64,000 bases of DNA from Candidatus Ryanbacteria bacterium RIFCSPHIGHO2_02_FULL_45_17b (GTDB lineage: Bacteria; Patescibacteriota; Minisyncoccia; Ryanbacterales; 2-02-FULL-48-12): positions 147,016 through 211,015 of the forward strand of contig MHNO01000009.1 in the NCBI GenBank assembly GCA_001819815.1, in the 5' to 3' direction. A program made the translations under genes and the position numbers. Of this stretch, positions 58,045-64,000 are shown piece after piece. The notes beneath the pieces were generated by a model. That model saw only the letters and a list, made by a program, of their open reading frames with translations. It searched no databases and was not told where the DNA came from. Every line of letters starts with the position of its first letter. The stretch's first letter is position 1.

Positions 58045-59190
58045 ATGAACAGCGCAAAGCAATACATTCTTATCGTGGTCGTGATCATTCTTGGTGGCGC
58101 GATCTACTTCATTAATTCGACGAGCGTGCAAAGAGGCGGATCAGATGAGACGGTAACGGTTGCGCCACGAGTCCCCTCTGCATCGAACAGTACAACAGCT
58201 TCTCCACCTACGGAAGCCGCAAAAGATACCACGTCTCGTACGTTTCTTTCTGCGGAAGCAAAATCAAAACGTTATGAACTCGCCAAAGAAATTACAACCC
58301 CCGACGGCTTTATAAATACCCCTTCAACAAGCTCAGGGCAGGCAACTCCCATTACCATTGGCGAGCTTGTCGGCAAAAAAGTAGTGCTGATCGATTTCTG
58401 GACATACAGCTGTATCAATTGCCAGCGCACCACTCCATATTTAAATACATGGTACGAAAAATATAAAGACAAAGGGCTCGTTATTATTGGTGTGCACACA
58501 CCGGAATTTGAGTTTGAAAAAGATTATACCAATGTCAAAACGGCGGTAGAAAAATTTGGCATTAAATTCCCGGTTGTGCTCGACAATGATTACTCAACAT
58601 GGACCGCATACAAGAATCAATACTGGCCGAGAAAATATCTTATAGATATAGATGGTTATGTTGTATACAACCACATCGGTGAAGGAGGGTACGAGGAGAC
58701 GGAAAAGAAAATCCAGGAGGCTCTTTCGGAGCGCATGGCTGTTTTGGGAGAGGATGGCACAATTACCCAGTCGCTTACGAAAGATACTTCTGCTCAGAAC
58801 GAAGCAAAAAGTCCCGAAACCTATTTTGGATCGGCGCGCAATAACCAGCAAGCGAGCCTGCTATTTCCCCGTGATAGCTGGAACATACAACCCGAATTTG
58901 CCGAAAATAATTCTACGGGTGCAAGCATAGTTTATACATATACAGCCAAAGATGTTTTTTTTGTTGCAAAGGCAGACACCGAAACTATCGTTGAAGTTCT
59001 TCGCGACGGCAATCCTCTTGGTTCAGAAGCCGGAAGCGACATAGTGAAAACTCCCGACGGAAAGACTGTCCTTAAAATAAAAGAAGCGCGGCTCTATAAA
59101 ATTATAGAGGGCGAGAAATCAGAAACTCATAAGCTTGAGCTCAAAATCCAAAAGCCGGGCCTCAAAGCATTCACCTTCACGTTCGGGTAA
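58045..59190 (+). CDS. Thiol-disulfide oxidoreductase, TlpA/ResA-like redoxin with C-terminal extra domain
   Basis: VVLIDFWTYSCINCQRTTPYLN...GVHTPEFEFEK; signal anchor; ~150-aa beta-rich C-terminal extension. Confidence 0.65.
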   Translation: MNSAKQYILIVVVIILGGAIYFINSTSVQRGGSDETVTVAPRVPSASNSTTASPPTEAAKDTTSRTFLSAEAKSKRYELAKEITTPDGFINTPSTSSGQATPITIGELVGKKVVLIDFWTYSCINCQRTTPYLNTWYEKYKDKGLVIIGVHTPEFEFEKDYTNVKTAVEKFGIKFPVVLDNDYSTWTAYKNQYWPRKYLIDIDGYVVYNHIGEGGYEETEKKIQEALSERMAVLGEDGTITQSLTKDTSAQNEAKSPETYFGSARNNQQASLLFPRDSWNIQPEFAENNSTGASIVYTYTAKDVFFVAKADTETIVEVLRDGNPLGSEAGSDIVKTPDGKTVLKIKEARLYKIIEGEKSETHKLELKIQKPGLKAFTFTFG

Positions 59191-59443
59191 TAGCTGAATT
59201 CAAAAAACAGACAATCAAAACGAAACGCTTCGAAGTCGGATCAGATTGAGCATGCGTTTTTTGGTGATGGGACCGAAGAAGCCCTCGGCTGGACTGATGT
59301 TTTGCTCTTGTTGAAATCTCCGTACAGCAGTTTTCGGTGGCGACAGAAATAAAAGCCAGTCCGGTGGTATCAGCGAGAGGCGTCATGGTTTCTTCAATGG
59401 GAGCGGCTGCGGTAAGCCTGTCGAATCCATATCCAATGTCTGA

Positions 59444-59483
59444 GCAAAAACAAAAGACGTTTGAGAAAAAAGCAGTGAAATTA
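59444..59483. repeat. 40-bp perfect direct repeat, copy A (identical to 60164-60203)
   Basis: gcaaaaacaaaagacgtttgagaaaaaagcagtgaaatta appears twice, 720 bp apart, bracketing the methyltransferase gene. Confidence 0.8.
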
Positions 59484-59512
59484 TAACGAGGAAGCTGGTG
59501 ATTTGGTTCATA

Positions 59513-60121
59513 TTATTTTTTTGCTATTATCTGAATCCAATTTGTCTTACCAGAAGTCGTTATATTTTTGTAAACAATATGCAGTCCTACATTGATTACG
59601 TAATTTTCCATTTCTTCTAAAGTATAATAACTAAAAAACCTTTCGTATTCGTAGCCATAGTCATTTTCTTTTAGTAGTTCTTCATCAAAATTGCCTGGTT
59701 TTTGTTCTTTTACTGCTACGCAGAAATAACCATCTGGTTTAAGAGGAGCTATGATGTTTTTAAGCACATCTGGTACCTCTTTTTTGGGGATATGTAGTAA
59801 GACTGCATGAGCAAGCACTCCATCAAATATTTTTTCGAGATCAAGTGGTTGTTTAATATCCTTTACAAAAAAATGACCTGCTGACGCCTGTTCCTTAGCA
59901 AGAGCGATCATTTCTTCAGAGAAATCAATTCCAATAACCCTAAAACCCTTTTTGATTAAATACTTAGATTTTATAGCAGCTCCACATCCAATATCTAAAA
60001 TTAATGAGTTCGACTTAAGGAAGGAGAGGTACTTATCAATACCACCTATCCACCATATATCTTCTTCATGGTCTTGCATCCAATCTTTAGCTATCCTGTT
60101 GTAGGTTAATCTAAGATTCAT
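59513..60121 (-). CDS. Class I SAM-dependent methyltransferase
   Basis: Motif I ILDIGCGAAIKSKYL; motif post-I VIGIDFSEEMI. Confidence 0.7.
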   Translation of the reverse strand: MNLRLTYNRIAKDWMQDHEEDIWWIGGIDKYLSFLKSNSLILDIGCGAAIKSKYLIKKGFRVIGIDFSEEMIALAKEQASAGHFFVKDIKQPLDLEKIFDGVLAHAVLLHIPKKEVPDVLKNIIAPLKPDGYFCVAVKEQKPGNFDEELLKENDYGYEYERFFSYYTLEEMENYVINVGLHIVYKNITTSGKTNWIQIIAKK

Positions 60122-60126
60122 AAGTT

Positions 60127-60165
60127 TTATTTCTTCACCGCTTCCATCTTGAGGAGTTTTTTGGC
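60127..60165 (-). pseudogene. Relic 3' end of a second mscL copy (encodes ...AKKLLKMEAVKK*)
   Basis: About 36 bp homologous (roughly 85% identity) to the mscL 3' end at 60779-60816; abuts direct-repeat copy B. Confidence 0.5.
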
Positions 60166-60203
60166 AAAAACAAAAGACGTTTGAGAAAAAAGCAGTGAAA
60201 TTA
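60164..60203. repeat. 40-bp perfect direct repeat, copy B
   Basis: Identical to 59444-59483. Confidence 0.8.
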
Positions 60204-60290
60204 GAACCAAGACGCTCGAGATTTTTCTTGTCATAAATTTAGTTACAGTAAATTGCTTCGGAATAAGTATTTGTTTGATTAGTCTCACCT

Positions 60291-60767
60291 TTATTGGATA
60301 TATCCGCCATGCACAAAACAACGATAAACAATTTTACCATTAAATAATATCTCTTCCTTGCCAACAAATCTTACGAGATCACCGTCAATGCTAAACCGGT
60401 ATTCCCAGTCGCTGGCAACAAACTTGCGCGGGCCTCGGACAGGAACTGATCTCTCGTATTCTTGTATTAGAGCTTTCCTTAAAAAGCCGTAAACTTCTTT
60501 TTCATCAATGCCCTCATCGAGAATAAAACCATAGTAATTTGCTCCCCATGATGGCTTTTCGTCTTGATAGACAATTTCTTCGCCGATGAAATCTCTGACG
60601 CCGAAATATGTATCATGGTAGATTAGCCCGTCTTTTTCAAAGTGGTAGTCTTCGGATTTCAGACGGCTTGATTCTACTTTGGGCGCATCTTTGTTTGCAT
60701 ATGTGCTCTTATTAGCCACATTGAGAAAGTGAGCGAGAACATTTTTTGGTAAATCTTTATAACTCAT
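60291..60767 (-). CDS. Hypothetical protein
   Basis: 158-aa ORF immediately downstream of mscL. Confidence 0.4.
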   Translation of the reverse strand: MSYKDLPKNVLAHFLNVANKSTYANKDAPKVESSRLKSEDYHFEKDGLIYHDTYFGVRDFIGEEIVYQDEKPSWGANYYGFILDEGIDEKEVYGFLRKALIQEYERSVPVRGPRKFVASDWEYRFSIDGDLVRFVGKEEILFNGKIVYRCFVHGGYIQ

Positions 60768-60778
60768 AAAATTATTTT

Positions 60779-61096
60779 TTATTTCTTCGCCGTTTCCATC
60801 TTAAGAAGCTTTTTGGCGATGATAAAAATTATGAGGGCGAGTATTAGAAAATTAAAAAGCTCGGCGATGAACGAACCAATGGCGATGGTAACCGGGCCGA
60901 TATGCCACAATGCTTCTCTCCATGACTCCGCTCCCATGAGCGGGGTGGCGATGGGCAAGAGCACATCTTTGACCAGCGAATTTACCAGTGATGTTGAAGC
61001 CGTGCCCATCACAAAACCGACGGCCAAAGCGACAATATTAAATTCTTGTAAAAATTTGGCGAATTCTCTAAACATAGCGTTCTTTGTGTAAGCCAA
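60779..61096 (-). CDS. mscL: Large-conductance mechanosensitive channel
   Basis: FREFAKFLQEFNIVALAVGFVMGTA...LLPIA...FLILALIIFIIAKKL, MscL family. Confidence 0.8.
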   Translation of the reverse strand: MAYTKNAMFREFAKFLQEFNIVALAVGFVMGTASTSLVNSLVKDVLLPIATPLMGAESWREALWHIGPVTIAIGSFIAELFNFLILALIIFIIAKKLLKMETAKK

Positions 61097-61230
61097 AAAT
61101 CAAAAATACAATCACACTTCCAACTGGTATGTCGCTTTTTAAAATATAGATAGGCACTCAGCCAAAACCATCTCATCTTTCAAGAATTTTCCTGCCCCTG
61201 TTGTAAGATAATGCCGATTTTCATAGGAGC

Positions 61231-61920
61231 CTAACTCAAATCCTTTTTCTTATCCTCAAATTCCTTCTTGTCTATTTCACCTTTAGCATATCGCTCGTCC
61301 AAAATAGCGCGCGCGGATTTTGCATGGTCGCGTGTTTCATAAGATTGACCCGTGAGCCACTTGACAAGCGCGACAATGCCGGCGATTATCAAGACCCACC
61401 AGAGGATCATAAAAATAAAGCCGAACCCGCCGAAAGGCGTAAATCCAAAGTTCATCATAGAATTGTTTGATTGATTAGTATTAAAGGGAGACGACCACCC
61501 TCCCCACATCATATTCATCATCGGCATCCAGCCGCCGCTGATTGCCGGAAATGCCGCGGACGCATCGCAACCGGAAAGCCGCTTGCCCATAACGATATGG
61601 ATTTGTTCCTCGCCATCTTCGCCGTGCGCTTGAATCATCATGGCGTTCATGGCGGCGTGAGAATCTCCGGACATCTGACCCATGAAGTATTCTCCAAGCA
61701 CTCCATACTGCTCATCGTTTAAACTCTCGCAAACCAGCTCTTTGGCCTGCAGTTTACTCCAAAGTTCTTTGCCTTCTTGTTCTTCGCGGGCGGTGTGTTC
61801 AACGACTTCGTTCCAATCGACTGTCGTGTTAGAAAACCCGCCCATCATTTGAGCATTCACCGAGCCGGCAACCACAAAGACTAATCCAAAAACAAAGATT
61901 AAAACTAAAAGTTTTTTCAT
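61231..61920 (-). CDS. Met/His-rich secreted-domain membrane protein with C-terminal SHOCT domain
   Basis: Signal peptide; M-rich motifs (MMGG, MNAMMIQAH, WMPMMNMMWGGW); TM; SHOCT (ARAILDERYAKGEIDKKEFEDKKKDL). Confidence 0.55.
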   Translation of the reverse strand: MKKLLVLIFVFGLVFVVAGSVNAQMMGGFSNTTVDWNEVVEHTAREEQEGKELWSKLQAKELVCESLNDEQYGVLGEYFMGQMSGDSHAAMNAMMIQAHGEDGEEQIHIVMGKRLSGCDASAAFPAISGGWMPMMNMMWGGWSSPFNTNQSNNSMMNFGFTPFGGFGFIFMILWWVLIIAGIVALVKWLTGQSYETRDHAKSARAILDERYAKGEIDKKEFEDKKKDLS

Positions 61921-62121
61921 GCCCTCATTGTAGCAAATTTTTATCAACTTGAACAGCGTAATGTACTTTGATGAGCTGTAGCAAAAAAATCCACTATGGG
62001 AGTTTTACGGGAACAGCAGGCTGGATAACCCTGATTCCCCACATGGTTGCCCGTATGGCGAGCCCTAAAACCAAATTTGAGAGCGTGGGACGATTTGCTT
62101 AAGTTTAGAAAAATTAAGCAA

Positions 62122-62910
62122 TTATGACAACAGTACGCCACCATCCACCACAATCTGAGAGCCGGTCATATAGCTTGCAAGATCGGAAGCAAGGAATAGA
62201 GCTACTTTGCCGATATCATCCGGCTCACCCATTCGCTTCATTGGAATTTTTTCCAAGAACTTTTTGAGTATTGCTTCCATTTCCGGAGTGGGCGGTGTGC
62301 CTGATCCCGTACCAGGTGTTGCAATGCCCCCGGGAGCAATAGCGTTTACTTGAATGTTGTGTGGCGCAAGTTCCAAGGCGGTGTTCTTTGTGAATCCCCA
62401 AAGACCATGCTTAGAAGCATCGTAAACGGCTAACCCGACCGAAGAAGGATGCAGTGCGTCAATCGAAGTGATATTTATAATCTTTCCGCCCTTGCCTTGC
62501 ATGATTATGATTTCTCCAACTGACTTGGTGAAAAGAAAAACACTTTTGAGATTAACTGCCAAGATTTTCTCAAAATCAGCAGGCGTCATCTGCATCACCG
62601 GTATGATCGGATAAATGCCGGCGTTATTAACCAGAATATCAATACCGCCGTACGTCTTTACTGCAAAGTTAGTTGCATCCTTAACCTGTTTCTCGTCGGC
62701 AACATCAGTTTTTTTAAATTCCGCCTTAAAGCCCCTATGTATTAATTCCTCGGCTGATTTTTTGCCGACATCCTCATTCATATCAGCGATGACAACATTA
62801 GCTCCGGCCTCGGCTAGACGATTAGCAATGCCAAAACCAATACCCATTGCGCCACCGGTGACGATGGTGGTTTTACCTCTAAGATTGATGAGTTCCGTGA
62901 TAGTTTGCAT
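62122..62910 (-). CDS. SDR-family oxidoreductase (FabG/glucose dehydrogenase-like)
   Basis: TGGAMGIGFGIA cofactor motif; YDASK active site. Start at the internal ATG. Confidence 0.75.
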   Translation of the reverse strand: MQTITELINLRGKTTIVTGGAMGIGFGIANRLAEAGANVVIADMNEDVGKKSAEELIHRGFKAEFKKTDVADEKQVKDATNFAVKTYGGIDILVNNAGIYPIIPVMQMTPADFEKILAVNLKSVFLFTKSVGEIIIMQGKGGKIINITSIDALHPSSVGLAVYDASKHGLWGFTKNTALELAPHNIQVNAIAPGGIATPGTGSGTPPTPEMEAILKKFLEKIPMKRMGEPDDIGKVALFLASDLASYMTGSQIVVDGGVLLS

Positions 62911-62920
62911 ATGTCTAAAA

Positions 62921-63316
62921 TTACTCCGTTGTCGTGCCGTCGAATTCGTCGGTAGTGTCGGCTTCACCTTCGGCTCTTGTTTTATGGGCAACTCCGTCTT
63001 TGTGGTGCGGCGGCATGTAGAGAGTATAAAGCTTCATCGATTCGCTTCCGGTATTGACTATGTTGTGTTTAATTCCTGCCGGTACGACAATGACGCTTCC
63101 GCCTGCTAATTCGTGCGGAGCATCATTCAAAACAGCTTTGCCCCTTCCTTTTTCCACACGCAGGAATTGACCCACACCATGCACCTCCTCGCCGATTTCC
63201 TCTCCGGGCAAAAGCGACATCAACACCAGCTGGCTGTTTTTGTCGGTATATACAACTTTGCGAAAGTTTTCGTTCTCAAGAGAAAGTTTTTCAATGTTGG
63301 TGACATAGCCGTTCAT
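62921..63316 (-). CDS. Cupin-domain protein
   Basis: Cupin motifs (GEEIGEEVHGVGQF ... SVIVVPAGIKHNIVNTGSE). Confidence 0.6.
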   Translation of the reverse strand: MNGYVTNIEKLSLENENFRKVVYTDKNSQLVLMSLLPGEEIGEEVHGVGQFLRVEKGRGKAVLNDAPHELAGGSVIVVPAGIKHNIVNTGSESMKLYTLYMPPHHKDGVAHKTRAEGEADTTDEFDGTTTE

Positions 63317-63632
63317 AGTTATATTTTAGCAATAATTAATTTAATACCCAAATTGCGTAGTTGAGGTAAGCGGCAAAGCTCACCCAAATAATATAGGGCA
63401 CAAGTAACCACGCGGCCGAGGAATATGCCGAGGGCGATAATGAGTTTGAATGCGTTGTTGATTTTCATCCTTATTTCCTTTTAGAATCAGCCCAAAACGA
63501 CAACATACCCAAGGCTAAAAAGAGTGCCACCTCTATCCAATTCTGTTTTTGAAACGCATTAAAAAGTGCTGTCCCAAAAAAGATTATAAATATCGCAAGA
63601 CTGGTAAATTTATATTTTTCCATATTCATATC

Positions 63633-63941
63633 TTAACGCTTTGTTTTGTATTTGTCCGGAGGTCCCCACATCCATCGGGGTTTCTCGCCTTTTTTATAAC
63701 AAATCCAAATAAGCACTGCCGTGGAGATAATAATCAAAGGCAAATACCATTTGAGGAATTGCTCGTCGCTCTCCACACGAGACCCACCGAGCAATCCTGC
63801 TACGATAATCACGGCAATATAGACCAGCAACACTAGCCAGCCTTCTTTTTTCGCCGGAGCCCAGCCCCAGCCGTAGAGCCGAGCTTTAAACCAATACCCC
63901 TGCGGATTATCTTTTAGATACGCGATATATTCTTTGATCAT
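63633..63941 (-). CDS. Small hypothetical membrane protein
   Basis: 102 aa, two TM helices, W-rich. Confidence 0.35.
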   Translation of the reverse strand: MIKEYIAYLKDNPQGYWFKARLYGWGWAPAKKEGWLVLLVYIAVIIVAGLLGGSRVESDEQFLKWYLPLIIISTAVLIWICYKKGEKPRWMWGPPDKYKTKR

Positions 63942-64000
63942 ATGTTTTTATTTTTGTGCTCTAATAATTTCCCCGCCGAAGCCTCGGCAACGGGGTCTTT

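Noticed and set aside
59177-59386. 69-aa '-' ORF in the 59191-59443 spacer
   Set aside because: No motif or start context, and it overlaps the ResA-like 3' end. The region may be a decayed remnant, so it is left unannotated.
60127-60321. 64-aa '-' ORF (MFCAW...AKKLLKMEAVKK)
   Set aside because: Its C-terminus is the relic mscL 3' end and its upstream part reads through direct-repeat copy B. It is interpreted as a pseudogene fragment rather than a gene.
62093-62119. 8-bp stem hairpin ttgcttaa-N11-ttaagcaa right after the SDR gene stop
   Set aside because: Plausibly an ordinary small terminator. It is unremarkable compared with the long hairpins reported, and there is no U-tract to confirm it.
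1-64000. CRISPR array, rRNA, reverse transcriptase (retron or DGR) or integrase
   Set aside because: I looked for short regularly spaced direct repeats, rRNA-like conserved stretches, RT motif YADD and tyrosine-recombinase motifs in the ORF translations and found none.

Overview
The window looks like a streamlined, host-dependent genome, probably of the Candidate Phyla Radiation (Parcubacteria-like): mostly '-' strand genes, about 45% GC by eye, and many small membrane or secreted hypothetical proteins. All calls come from reading the sequence and ORF track against remembered family motifs; no database search was run.

What is in the window:
- **Core genes.** A Suf Fe-S cluster runs off the left edge (sufS partial, a short sufD, sufB). 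There is a non-oxidative pentose-phosphate island (rpiB, rpe, a split transketolase, a PfkB kinase, glpX, an aldolase-like gene) and cell-envelope genes (murD, alr, ftsQ, a GH18 enzyme, an MltB-like transglycosylase, two tandem membrane glycosyltransferases, GtrA). Information genes include serS, typA/bipA, obg, rplY, dnaX, a UvrC lacking its HhH tail, and one tRNA-Gln(UUG). There is also an extracytoplasmic thiol-disulfide triad (Trx-like, CcdA, ResA-like).
- **Mobile and accessory content.** A previously unnamed ~140-185 bp MITE family is present in three intergenic copies, two with perfect 8-bp target-site duplications. There are two toxin-antitoxin pairs: MazEF beside the tRNA, and RelE/ParE inside an insertion. 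That ~2.7-kb insertion separates the two transketolase halves and carries a three-member paralogous secreted-protein family. A 40-bp perfect direct repeat brackets a SAM methyltransferase gene and a relic mscL 3' end.
- **Unusual structure.** Five distinct, very long inverted repeats (21-33 bp perfect stems) sit between genes. One ORF fuses an L,D-transpeptidase, a PBP5-type D,D-carboxypeptidase and a CapA-like phosphoesterase. A three-gene operon looks like a lipid-scavenging unit (CREST-like membrane hydrolase, SGNH lipase, EEP phosphodiesterase). An ~814-aa membrane-anchored P-loop ATPase resembles type IV secretion/coupling ATPases (VirB4/VirD4/HerA).

No CRISPR array, rRNA or reverse transcriptase was seen.
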